DNA of 64,000 nucleotides from Prasinococcaceae sp. CCMP 1430 (GCA_013416795.1 RQSC01000523.1:179202-243201); one strand, 5' to 3'. Numbered from the stretch's first letter, positions 1 to 11,099 are shown. Notes: generated by a model from the letters alone, not told the origin. Numbers and translations are program-made.

Positions 1-524
1 GCGCCGGCCGCGCCAGCCCGCCCGCGCGGCGTGCTCCTCCTCTCTCTCAATTCGAACCCCTCCCTCCCCCGCCCTCGCGCGCGCGAGAGAGAGAGGGAGA
101 GTGGCGCCGCCCCGCCGCCTCCACCCAGCAGCGCCTCCCCTGCTGCGCCGCCGCCGCCCCGCGCGTGCACGCTCGCCCCCGGTCTGGGTTAGGGTTATTG
201 AGCGCTGCATCCGAAGCGCGCCCACTCCCGAAGAAATTCGGATCATTCTCCCCCCAAAATTCCCGCCATCAGGAAAATTCTCAGCGCGGTTGAGTCCACA
301 TTAGACCGGATGCGAATCCAGACGCCCCGCGTGCGATCGTGGAGGCGTTAGTTACGGTTTAAGAAGAAGGGTTTATAAGCATTTCGAGGGGGCCCCCAGT
401 GGTGGCCTCGGTGCGCCGCCCGCGCGCGCGTTTTATCCACTCGTGCGCGCTGGAGCGCGGCGCTCACGCGTGGTGGGAGAGGGGTGTGGGTGGACGGCGC
501 GGCGAGCTCCCGGGCGGGATCTCA

Positions 525-1630
525 ATGGCGGCGACGCGCACGATGGTGGCGGCGGCGCGCGCGGCGCCCGCGCGCGGCGCGCGCCCCAGCGCGCGGCCGC
601 CACGACGGCGAGCGCCGGCCCGCGCCTCGCCGAGCTCGCGGCGATGACGACGCTCTCTATCGACACGGGCGACGTCAAGGTGGTCGAGGAGTGGGCCGCG
701 ACGGGCATCATAACCGACGCGACCACCAACCCGCTCTTCGTCTCGCAGGCAGGCCTCAGCGGCGACGCGTTCTACAAGGGCCTCGTCGACGAGGCGGTGG
801 CGTACGCGAGAGAGGCCGGCGTCGCGGGCGAGGACGGAGTGGCGCTCGCGGCCGACCGGCTGGCCGTCAACCTGGGCCTCACGCTGCAGCGGCTCGTGCC
901 TGGCTACGTGTCGACCGAGGTCTCGATTTATCTGAGCTTCGACGCCGACGCGATGGTGGAGCGCGCGCGGCGCATCGTGGCCATGTACAAGCAGGCGGGC
1001 GGCGAGCCCGGGCGCGTGCTCATCAAGCTGCCCGGCACCTGGGAGGGCATCGAGGCTGCGCGCGTGCTCGAAGCCGAGGGCACCAAGACGAACATCACGC
1101 TGGTGTTCGGGCACTGCCAGGCGGTGGCGGCCGCGCAGGCGGGCGCCCACCTCATCAGCCCGTTCCCAGGCCGGGTGCTCGAGTGGCACAAGGCCAACGG
1201 CAGCCGGCCCGAGACCATGCCGCGCGAGGACGACCCGGGCGTGCAGATGTGCTCGCGCGCCTACCGGTACTACAAGCGGTATGGCCACGACACGATCGTC
1301 ATGCCCGCCTCCTGGCGCTCGCCAACGGGCGAGGACAACTGCGACGAGATCCTCGCTCTGGCAGGCACGGACCGCATGACCATCCCGCCGCCGTTGCTCG
1401 AGGACCTCGCCGCGCGTGGCGGCGACGCGCCGCTGGCGCGCGAGCTCGAGCCGCAGGCGGCAGCCGCCGCGTGCGACGAGCCCGAGCACGCGCCCTACAC
1501 GCGCGAGACCTTCGCGTGGGAGCTCGCCATGGACGGCGCCGCCAACGACAAGCTCGCGGCGGGGCTGCGCGCCTTCGCCGGGGACACCGACAAGCTCTTC
1601 GACGCGCTGCGCGAGCACCCGGACTGGTGA
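525..1630 (+). CDS. TAL: Transaldolase (TalA/B type), probably plastid-targeted; apparent 1-nt frame break near 584-587
   Basis: Motifs IDTGD, DATTNP, VSTEV, catalytic-Lys context VLIKLPGTWEG, NITLVF and ISPFPGRVLEW in ORF 443..1630. ATG 525 gives an Ala/Arg-rich transit-like peptide in a different frame. Confidence 0.93.
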
Positions 1631-1743
1631 CTTTGACGGGTCGTCGAAGCTCTCACTGACGTACGTACGTGGTAAAAAAAAGTTCTCGCTGGTTATTTCT
1701 TATTATCGCTCTCGCGACGCTGCGGTGCGAAGGCGCGCAGTCT

Positions 1744-4592
1744 CTAGCGCTCTCCGCCGCCGCTCTTCTGCACCGCCTCCGTGACGCCACCGTCGGATTT
1801 CGGGAAGACCACGCGGAGCACGTCGGAGAAGTCGCTTCCGACGAAGAGCAACTCCTGCGGCAAGCCGTGGATCTCCTCGGTGCAAATCGCCAGGGAGACT
1901 GGGTTGTCGGTGGTGGCCGACCAGGTGGGTCCGTCCACCACCGGGCGGTCGAAGGGAAGCCCCGGGCTGTAGCCGGTGCTCGGGTCGTCGCGACCCACGC
2001 CGAAAACGGTCTTGACGAAGGTGGTTTCGATGTCCACCGAGCGCACGGCGTTGTTGCGCATGTCGGCAACGTACACGGTCTTGCCATCCGTGGCGCAGCC
2101 GCGAGGCGTCCAGAAGGCCGCGGTCGCTCCCGGGCCGTCAATGTGCGTCTCCTCGAAGATGGAGACGCCGCTGCCCGCCACGTCGGTGATCTCGCCGGTG
2201 GCCGTGTCCACCCGGCGAACGTTGTTGGGCGACTCGTCGCACAGATAAATCGCGTCGCCCTCGGGCGTGATCGCAAGCCCGGACGGCTTCTTGACGCCGT
2301 CCTCCGCGAGCGTCGTCCAATTCTGCGTGGCCACATCGTACGCCCTGATCCTGTTGTTGTTGTTGTCGCCCACGTAGACCACGCCTCCGCCGCGCGGTGC
2401 CGTGACCGAGCGCGGCGTGTCGAACAGAGTGTCGGCGCCCACGCCTTCCTGGTAGCCGCCACCGGCGGGGTCGCACACGCCGCCCACGGTGGTCACGCAG
2501 TTGCCGTTGGCCATGTCGATCATGCGCACGCAGTTGTTCTTCGTGTCGGCAACCCACAGCTTCTCGTCGGGCGTGTACGCCACGCCGTGCGGGCCAAAGA
2601 ATTGGGCGGCGGGCCCGCAGCCGTCTGCGCCGCCCTCGACCTTGTTACCGGCGATGGTCGTGAGCTCGCCCGTGAGGGTGTTGTACTGGCGCACGGCCTG
2701 GTTCTTCTCGTCGGCGATGAAGACGCGCGCGCAGTCGTTGGAGACCCCAATGCCACGCACGCCGTTCAGCCGCGCGTCCGCGCCGAAGCCGTCCACGAAG
2801 TCGTTCTTCTGGCCGAGCGTCCCGGCGAGCGTCTCAACCCTGTCCCAGCGCTCGTCGAGGATCCAGGGGGCGGTTGGCACGAAGGGGTTCTCGCCCGGCG
2901 GCGGCAGCGTGTCCTGGAAGCCGCCCGGCACTTCGACGGTCTCCTCGGCCGTCTCCGTGGGCGGCTCCGTGGGCGGCGTGGTGCCGCTCGCGTTGAGCGC
3001 CGGAGCATCGGGGAGCGCCGGCGGAGGAGGGAAGGCCGGCACCGACGCGTTCGGCGCGGGTGGGGGCGGGCTCGGAGGAGGGACCACCGGCTCCGACGCG
3101 TTTGCCACGGGCGGGGGCGGGCTCGGAGGAGGGACCACCGGCTCCGACGCGTTTGCCACGGGCGGGGGCGGGCTCGGAGGAGGGACCACCGGCTCCGACG
3201 CGTTTGCCACGGGCGGGGAGCTCCGACGCGTTTGCCACGGGTGGGGGCGGGCTCGGAGGAGGGACCACAGGCTCCGACGCGTTTGCCACGGGTGGGGGCG
3301 GGCTCGGAGGAGGGACCACAGGCTCCGACGCGTTTGCCACGGGTGGGGGGGGGCTCGTCGTCGTCGGCGGCGGCAGAGGCGCGCGCGTCACGATGATGGT
3401 CTTGGGCGGCTGCTGCTCGGCGGTGCCGTTGCTGGCCGGCGGTGCCGGGAGCGGCGCCGGCGCGGGGGCCGGCTGGGAGGTGGGGGAAGAGCTGGTGGGC
3501 GCATCGGTCGGGGCGAGGGTGGGGGACGTACTCGGCAGCTCGGTGGGCGGGACCACGGGCGCCTCGGTGGGGGGCGGGACGGGCGCCTCGGTGGGCGCCT
3601 CAGTGGAGGTATCCAAGGGCGCCTCGGTGGGGGGATCGGACGGCGCCTCGGTGGGGGGGCTCACGGGCGGCTCGGTCGGCGCGTCGGACGGCGCCTCGGT
3701 GGGGGGGCTCACGGGCGGCTCGGTTGGCGCGTCGGACGGCGCCTCGGTGGGAGGGGTCACGGGCGGCTCGGTGGGTGCCTCTGTGGACGTGTCCTCGGGC
3801 GCCTCGGTGGGTGGGCTCACGGGCGGCTCGGTAGGCGCGGGCGTGTCGGGGGCTGGCGGGGTGGCGGTCGGCGCGTTTGAGGGCGGGTCAGTGTTCGTCG
3901 CGGGAGGAGGGGCCGTCGACGGCGTCGTCGGCGTCGGGGCGGGCGTCGGCGGATTCGGCTCCGGCGGCTCCAGTGGCGGGTCAGTTTGTGGAGGAGGCTC
4001 ACCTACGGGCGGCGGCGTCACGACGATCTCTGCGTCGTCGTCTCCTTCGTCGTCGCCTCCGCCGCCTCCGCCACCTCCGCCACCTTCGCATAGACCGCAC
4101 TATCGGCGACGGGCGGGCGTGGCGATGTGCAACCACCGCCGACGTGTCAGAGGGTCAGCCATGCTCCTCGGAGGAAGCGACCGAAAGCACATCGCATGCG
4201 AGTGTGGCGCGGGGGCACGAGATGAGGGCACGAGGGCCGCGGGGGAAGGGGGCATTGCAAGCACCGAGCGACGCCGGCATTCACTCGCGCGCTAGGGCAC
4301 GCGGGCGTGCAGGATGGGCCCTGCCCTTCGCGTGCGCGCCGCGCCCACGCCCGCGCGCGCCGCCGCCGTCGCGGCACGTACCACCGCGCAGATGTCGTCG
4401 CAGCAGTCGCCATTGACTGTGCACGTCTGATCGCACCAGCAGTCGGCCACCTCGCTCTTGGCGAAGCAGAAGGTGCCGCCGCCCAGGGCGGTGTTGATGC
4501 AGGTGGCGCCCGCGCGCGCGACCGCCGTCGCCGCGACCAGCGCCGCCAGCAGGAGCAGCGGCCCGCGCCGCTGTGTGGCCTNACGAGCACAT
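1744..4592 (-). CDS. Secreted somatomedin-B-like + Pro/Thr mucin-like linker + NHL-repeat beta-propeller protein (paralog A)
   Basis: Signal-like LLLLAALVAATAVARA, then CWCDQTCTVNGDCCDDIC. Intron 4381..4100 (GTACGT..ATAG) joins in frame to CGLCEGGG and PTEAP repeats. NHL repeats (VFIADEKNQAVR, LWVADTKNNCVR, VYVADMRNNAVR) lie in ORF 1744..3210. Frame break near 3220 and an N at 4582 next to the likely ATG 4592. Confidence 0.85.
3041..3355. repeat. 51-bp coding tandem repeat (VANASEPVVPPPSPPPP) with one truncated 28-bp unit
   Basis: Repeated ggctccgacgcgtttgccacggg(c/t)gggggcgggctcggaggagggaccac(c/a). Unit spacing drops to 28 bp at 3193-3220. Confidence 0.95.
3642..3830. repeat. 48-bp coding tandem repeat (PTEPPVSPPTEAPSDA)
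   Basis: ggcgcctcggtggg units start at 3642, 3690 and 3738. Confidence 0.9.
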
Positions 4593-5047
4593 GGTGGGGA
4601 CGCAGTTTGGGACGGCCGCCTTCGGTCGGCAATGGGGGTGAGGCCATCCAATCACGAGCACGCAACCGACTCCCACGCGTATCATTAATAGGTGCCAATT
4701 TAGACCGGCGAATTCGGCGCGGCGCCCTCGCGCGACGGGGCGGCGGCGCGCGCGCGCGCAGTCAAGCAATCCCGAAACCTCCTAAAATGAGATCAATCGG
4801 CTCCCGCCAAAAAAACCGCTACCGGGTTACCTACTACTACCAGGCAATTAGTATTAGAGAAAAGAGCAGTGAATCCTTGGCGCCAAACGCAAACAAGCAC
4901 GCAGACAGGCACGCAGGTACTGTACCGTAGGAACCCACGAGCACACCGGTCGTGTGGATCTCCATCACTCGTTCCGATGGGATGCAGCGCTTGGGGTTGA
5001 TTGCGGGCTGACACCCAATCAGGCCTTTACGATGGGAGCGTGGTACG

Positions 5048-5689
5048 ATGGTACTGTGCCGCCTCGGAGTTGACAGCGGTGGCGCTGCGGCCGACCGCGC
5101 GTCAAAGCTGCTCAGTAGGCGGCGCGGGCAGGCGGCGGGGGTGCTCAGTGACCCTCGATCGATGGCCGAGGCTGAGCAGGAGAGCCGGGTCCTCGTGCGG
5201 GAGAGTGCTGGCAGCGTGCTCCCAGCATCGGCGCGCTCGCCCCCACGGGCGGATCATCGGCCTGCGATCGTTCTCTTAGCCTCCACCCCGAACTCCGAGT
5301 CTCGTGCCCGCCGGAGGTTCCGAGTCCTCCTCCGCCGCCCACAGACTGGTGGTGGCGCGCCGCCATCGTTGACTGCGGCGAATGACTCTGCGCCGCACGC
5401 CGCCAAACACCCCAGTTCAGCCGCGGCGTCGCGAGCAACGTTTTGCCATTGTCTGGCTGGGTGGGCCGCGCGTCGCTGTCCGTCGATCTGCGTGTTCCGA
5501 TATTTCGCGGCGGCGGCGCGGGTGCACCTGTTGCTCCTCGGGTCCACCGCCCAAAGGCACTGTCGCGCCGCGCGCAGGGTCAGAGTGTCGTCGCCTCTGC
5601 GCGCGCCTCACGCCTGCAGCCTAAACGCGACGTGGCGCTACGCCAGGGTCATCGGGTGGGCTCATGGCCAAAGTTGGGGTGCAGGGTGA
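5048..5689 (+). CDS. Possible hypothetical protein (weak)
   Basis: 213-codon ORF with no recognisable motif. TGTAA at 5708-5712 lies just downstream. Confidence 0.25.
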   Translation: MVLCRLGVDSGGAAADRASKLLSRRRGQAAGVLSDPRSMAEAEQESRVLVRESAGSVLPASARSPPRADHRPAIVLLASTPNSESRARRRFRVLLRRPQTGGGAPPSLTAANDSAPHAAKHPSSAAASRATFCHCLAGWAARRCPSICVFRYFAAAARVHLLLLGSTAQRHCRAARRVRVSSPLRAPHACSLNATWRYARVIGWAHGQSWGAG

Positions 5690-5707
5690 GCCGAAGGCGT
5701 TCAACAC

Positions 5708-5712
5708 TGTAA
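5708..5712 (+). terminator. Candidate TGTAA (UGUAA) polyadenylation signal
   Basis: TGTAA is the known chlorophyte near-upstream element. Here it sits in an AT-richer convergent spacer. Confidence 0.35.
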
Positions 5713-5740
5713 CGGTCTGCAGTACAGTATGTGTACAAAT

Positions 5741-5925
5741 TTACAGTACAATGCTTGCGGAGAGGGTCGCACTCACATGCAAAACATGTCGAGAAAGCTT
5801 TCGAAGAGCATCGTCTACCTCGCGCGCGGCGTCGCCCGACCCGGCACGCGGGCCGCGGGCGGCGTCAGCGCGCGACGCACGCGGGCTCTGCTCTGCGCCG
5901 AGGCCGGCGCCGGCGCGGCCCGCGC

Positions 5926-5956
<31 letters not shown>

Positions 5957-7604
5957 TGCTCCGCGAGGCCCTCCGCGGTCTCCCTCTCGTCGACGCCGTG
6001 GATGGTGTCGATCTGCTCGGCGCTCAGCCTTTGTCCCATCCTGTACGTCGCCTCCGTCAGGTTGAGGAAGTGCTTTGAGTCGGTGGCGCCCAGCACTGTG
6101 TACGGCAGGACGAGCACCTCGTCCCATCCATACACGCGATGGAAGGAGCGCTCGAGGGCGTCCCATGCGGCGACGCCTGCGCGCGTGTGCGCGTGGGGTG
6201 CACGCGGCGACGCACAGGGCGACGCACGGGTCAGAGCGCGCCCACCGCACGCACCCACGCGCGCACCAACACATGCACACGCACCCGCGCGCGCGCACAC
6301 GCACCCTTGCCCGCCGGCGACACGGGCGAGGGCTCGCTCCTGAAGGCTTTCTCGTCGATCTCGGCGCTGACGCCGAACTCCTCGGCGATGGCGCGCACGC
6401 GTCCCAGCGTGCCCTCCACGGTGTCCCCGCTCAGCAGGCGCAGGTTGATCGTCGCCTCGGCGCTCGCTGGCACCACGTTGTTCTTCTCGCCGGCGGTGAA
6501 GCGCGTCACCGCCTGCGTGGTGCGCACGAGCGCGTTCGCCTTCTCGCCCTTCCAGCCGAACACGCGCGCGAGCAGAGCGCCGAACACGTGCAAGTTGGCG
6601 AAGATGGTCCGGTAGGGCTCGGCCACCAGCGCAGAGGCGCGCTCGAGCATGCCTGCCACCGGCTGCGTGAGGCGCGGCGCGGGCTGCTTGGCGTGCACGG
6701 CCGCCAGCGCGCGCGACACCGCCGTCACGGGCGTGCCGTCCAGCGGCGGCCAGGCCGCGTGGCCGCCCTTGGACTCGGCCTTGAGCGATATGCACACGTA
6801 CCCCTTCTCGGCGGTGCCCACCAGCGCGACTTCGAGCGATCCCATCCCCGGAATGGCGCCCTTGGTCACGGCCCCGCCTTCGTCGAGCAGCGCTGCCACG
6901 CGCCGCCCGCCGAGGCGCCGCTCGAGCTCCGCGGCGATCGAGGCGGCGCCCTCGTATCCGCCCACCTCTTCGTCGTGGCCATACGCGAGGTACACGGTGC
7001 GGCGCGGCGCGGCTGTGCCCGCGGCGAGCAGCGCCTCGACGGCCGCCAGGTGCGACACTACGCGGCCCTTCACGTCGAGCGCGCCGCGCCCCCACACCTC
7101 GCCGGCCTCGACCACTCCGCCGAATGGCGGCTGCGACCACTGCGAGGCCTGCTCGGCGCTCACGGGGACCACGTCCAGGTGGGCGACGAGGACGACCGGC
7201 TCGAGGCCGTCGTCGGTGCCCTCCCACTCGTAGAGCAGCGAGAAGTCGTTGATGGCGTCGACGCGCATCGCGGCGTGCGCGAGCGGGAATCGCTCGGCGA
7301 GGATCGCGTGGCAGCGCAGCAGAGCGGCGCGCGCCTCGTCGCCCAGATTGGCGCCCGCCTCCGCCTCGGCGCCGTCGTCGGCCACCGTTCGCTCGCGAAT
7401 GAGCATGCCGAGCGTCTCGAGGTCCCTCGCGTTCGCGCGCTCGACGGCCGCCGCGAGGCGCGCCGCCTTGTCCGCCGCGTACCGCCGCTCCTCCTCCTCG
7501 GCCGCGCGGCGCTCCTCGTCGGCGGCGCGCGCGCCGAGTCGCGCCTCCACCGCGGCCAGAGAGTCCTCCTCAACCTCGAGAGGGTCGGGGCTTCCGTCGC
7601 TGTC

Positions 7605-7640
<36 letters not shown>

Positions 7641-8520
7641 AGATGTATATGTGCGTGTGCATGAGCGCACCGGCATGTGTGGTACGAGCGCTCACCTTCG
7701 TCGACGGGCGCTACAATGTCCGCGGCCTGCGCTCGGAGGGGCGCCGGCGCGGCGGCCTCCGCGACGGACGCCGTCGCAGCGGCGCCGGCGTCGCCGTCCT
7801 CGGCGTCCGCCCCCTCGTGCGTCGCAGCAGCCGGAGCTGCGCGCAGCCGCCGGGCAGGACGCACGCGCCGCCTGGGCGGGTCGAAGTCCGGATCCTGTGT
7901 GTATGTGTGCGTGTGTGTGTGTGTGTGAGTGTGCATCAGCGCGTGCGCATGACTGTCGCACGCGCACTCCCACTCCCACACAGCGCAAACACACACACAC
8001 ACGCACACGCACGCACGCACCTGCGGTTGCAGCAGGGCGTCACGGAACTCGTTCACGCTCACGCGGCCGTCGCGCAGCGCCGAGGCGCGGAAGGCGCTCG
8101 CGACGACGCAGCGGGCGTCCGCCGGCGACAGGTTTCCCCTCAGCGCCTCGCGGACGATCCGCACGACCTGAGCAAGGGAGAGGAGGCCGTCGCCCGCGCC
8201 GCCGCGCCGCTCCTCCTCGACGAACATGTCGCTCAGCCGCGCCCCGGCGCCCTGGAGTGTGCGCGTGCGCCCGTGTGTCAGAGCGCGCGCATCGTGGTCA
8301 AACGCGCGCTCACACTCGCACACACCCGACCAACAACTCACACACGCGCCTGCACGCGCGCGCGCACAGACATACGCACACACACGCGCGCACACACACC
8401 TGGAGGCGGAGTGACACCCTCCAGAGCGCGTCCTCGGCGCCTCCCACGCTCGCCCCTCGTCCGCTCACCGCGCGGGACCTGAGCGCCGCGCGCCGCGCGG
8501 CGAGCGCCGCCGCGTAGCCC
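5741..8520 (-). CDS. M20 family metallopeptidase (PM20D1/Gly-X carboxypeptidase type) with N-terminal EF-hand-like and coiled-coil extension; start unresolved
   Basis: Motifs AHLDVVP, GRGALDVKG, YGHDEEVGG, LDEGG, LGATDSKHF and IHGVDER. Phase-compatible introns 8399..8252, 8020..7895, 7695..7604, 6304..6177 and 5955..5819. Confidence 0.9.
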
Positions 8521-8603
8521 GCCCGTGCGCGCGCGCGCGCGCGCGCGGCGCCTGTGGCCCGCCGGCGGTGCCGCCGCCTCCCGCCCTCCTCATCGCGCCC
8601 CCC

Positions 8604-9836
8604 ATGGTGATCGACTACTCGCGCTTCGAAGCGCTCGAGCTGTCGAGCGACGACGAGGCCCCCGCCAACGAGGCCGATGCCCTCGCGGCGGGCATCGCGA
8701 CCGCCGACACGGCCGAATACGGCAGCATGCGAGCCGCGACCCATGCGGCGCTGGCGCGCGGCGCTGCGGCCGAGGAGGTCGGGCGCGCGCTCCGGGGCGC
8801 GAGTGCGCCCGGCGACGCACTCGCGAGGCTGCACGCGCTCGGCGCTGCCGCGCGGAGCAAAGCGGACGCAGGCGCGCGAGACCCGTCCCCCGGCGGAAAC
8901 GAAGACGTCAGGGCAGCTGCCGAGGCGGCCTTCCGCGCGGGCGCGACCAAGGAGGCCGTTATGCGCGCCCTCCAGGGAGCCGACACGCCCGAGAAGGCGC
9001 TCGCCGCGCTCGCAGACGTCGAGCGCGCCGCGCGCGCCGCGCCGCGCGACGGCGAGAGTGAGTGGGAGCGAGAGGCGCGGGAGGGAGAGGGGCGGCAAGC
9101 GCAGGCGTCCACGTCTGACGGCGACGGTGCGAGCGGCAGCGGGCGGGCAGGCGCAGGCAGCAGCGGCGGCAGCAGCGGCGGTGGCGGCGCGCGCGTCACC
9201 CTCCCCGTCGACCCGTCGACACTCGAGCGCTGGCCAGAGGAGCTCGCCGTGCATCCCCGATGGATCGCGCACTCCTTCGCGCCGCACGAGCGCTCACTCG
9301 CCGAGGCCGAGTCTGAGCTGCGACAGACGCTCATGCTCATCGCGGGCGCGTACTCGGGCTGCGTTGAGGGCGGTGAGATCGACGAGACCGACACGCGCGC
9401 GCGCCCCGAGGCACGCGTGGCGTGCTTCACGCTGCAAAACGAGGATCGCAGCATGGGGGTGGTCGTCGAGGTGGTCGGCGCGCGCCGCTGCACGGCCGAC
9501 GGCGCCCCGCTACTCGAGGTGATGTGGGCGCAGCACACCCGCAGGCAGGTCGAGGCGGACGGCCTGCTCGCGGCGGGCCTCGCAACCATGTTCGAGCGCA
9601 TGAAACGCACCGAGGGAGGCGGTGGCGGCGTCACGCCCATCGCGGCGACCGCCGACGAGATTGAGCTGCTGACGGCGATGCTCGAGCGAAATCAGTGCGC
9701 GCTGCCACGGACGTACGTGGCCTCACAGCTCGTCGGGCGCGAGTTCGTGCTGCAGTGCTCGTTTGTCGTGCCGCCGCTTTGCGCCACACACGAGGCGGTG
9801 CTGGCAGCGCCCGCGCGGGCGGCTGCGCCAGAGTAG
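8604..9836 (+). CDS. Uncharacterised protein with Cdc37-N-like start motif (MVIDYSRFEALELSSDDE)
   Basis: Single long ORF with GC3-biased codons. N-terminus resembles the DYSKWDxIExSDDE motif. Confidence 0.75.
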   Translation: MVIDYSRFEALELSSDDEAPANEADALAAGIATADTAEYGSMRAATHAALARGAAAEEVGRALRGASAPGDALARLHALGAAARSKADAGARDPSPGGNEDVRAAAEAAFRAGATKEAVMRALQGADTPEKALAALADVERAARAAPRDGESEWEREAREGEGRQAQASTSDGDGASGSGRAGAGSSGGSSGGGGARVTLPVDPSTLERWPEELAVHPRWIAHSFAPHERSLAEAESELRQTLMLIAGAYSGCVEGGEIDETDTRARPEARVACFTLQNEDRSMGVVVEVVGARRCTADGAPLLEVMWAQHTRRQVEADGLLAAGLATMFERMKRTEGGGGGVTPIAATADEIELLTAMLERNQCALPRTYVASQLVGREFVLQCSFVVPPLCATHEAVLAAPARAAAPE

Positions 9837-10043
9837 GCCGCGGGCGCGCCGGACAGTGACACGATGCGTCGTGAGCCGTCGGTGGCGGCGCTCTACGCTC
9901 ACACAGCGCGCGCGCGCGCGCGCGCGCACTGCCGCCGCGGAGAGAAGTAATCAACACTGCTCGGCCTTCAAGTCACGCGACGCACGCCACTCGCTCGACG
10001 CGCGGGCGTCTGCGCGCGATCCAGCAGATGCCCGCACTACCGC

Positions 10044-11099
10044 TTAGCAGATGCCCGAACTGTCTGAAATGCCACTGCACAGGTCGTCATCATCTTCGCC
10101 GAGGTCGACGTCGTCGATGCTGTCGTATCCGGCAGGCCTGGCCACGTCGGAATCCAATCGACCCAGTGTCTCCTTGGCGAGGTCACGCCTGGCCGCACGC
10201 TCGTCGGCGCCCGCACGAATGCGGAAGCTCGCGCGCGAGCCGCGCAGCTGGTCCTCGATCTTGTCGTACGTGTCGCTCCGCGCGGAGGCGTTGCACACGT
10301 AGAGGTTGTTGCCCACGAAGGTCGCCGCCATGATGTTGCCTTTCTTGACATCGTAGCCTGTCCGCGTGATGGTCGTCGAGGTGAACTCGATGCTGAAGTA
10401 CTCACGCTCGTCGCCGTCGTAGGTGACGCGCTCGCACCTGATCTTCGAGGGAAGGAATTGCCGCCCGTTGCCCGAGTAGCCGCCCTGCTCGGGCGCGATG
10501 GCCGCCAGGGCTGCCGCCTCGGCGACCTCCTTGTCAATCACCTCGGGCCAGCTGGGCAGGAACTTGCGCGCGTCGACCACGTCAACGGTCACGCGGTCCG
10601 CGGTGCGGAAGTTGCCCGCGCTCACGCCCGGCCGCTGGCCGTTGGGACGCAGGACCCAGCCCTTGGGGTACGCGAACACGTAGTCTGCGAGCGCGCGGAC
10701 ACTCGGCACGCTGCGTCAGCACGAAGCTCGCGACGGGGCTGGGCGCCAGCGGGCGCTGCGACTCTCGCCCGCCCAGCGCGCGCGCGGGCGCACGCACCGT
10801 CGTCGTAGTTGTCGTAGAACGCGTACTCGTCGGCCGTCTCCTTGAGGTTGTTGGGAAGGAAATAGCCAGAGAGCACCGAGTTGGCCAGCTCGCCGCCATT
10901 GCTGATCACCGAGTTCTCACCGCCGGTGTACTGGCTTGGGGGTGCGTAGCCGTACATCGTCGCCAGCGCAGGCAGAAACGAGCGCAGCACGGTGGCGCGT
11001 CCGACGCGCGCCCCCTCGGGCTTGCCCTCATCCTTGACCGCGCGCTCACGCCGCTCAGCGCGCGCGCGCGAGCGCCGCGCGGCGGGTGCTGCGCGCCGG
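10044..11099 (-). CDS. PsbP-domain thylakoid lumen protein; 5' end in N gap
   Basis: DYVFAYPKGW, GVSAGNFRTAD and NNLYVCNASA are PsbP-fold motifs. Intron 10797..10685 is phase 1 on both sides. Confidence 0.8.

Noticed and set aside
3041-3830. CRISPR-like array
   Set aside because: Repeats are contiguous, in-frame coding units with no unique spacers, in a eukaryotic gene.
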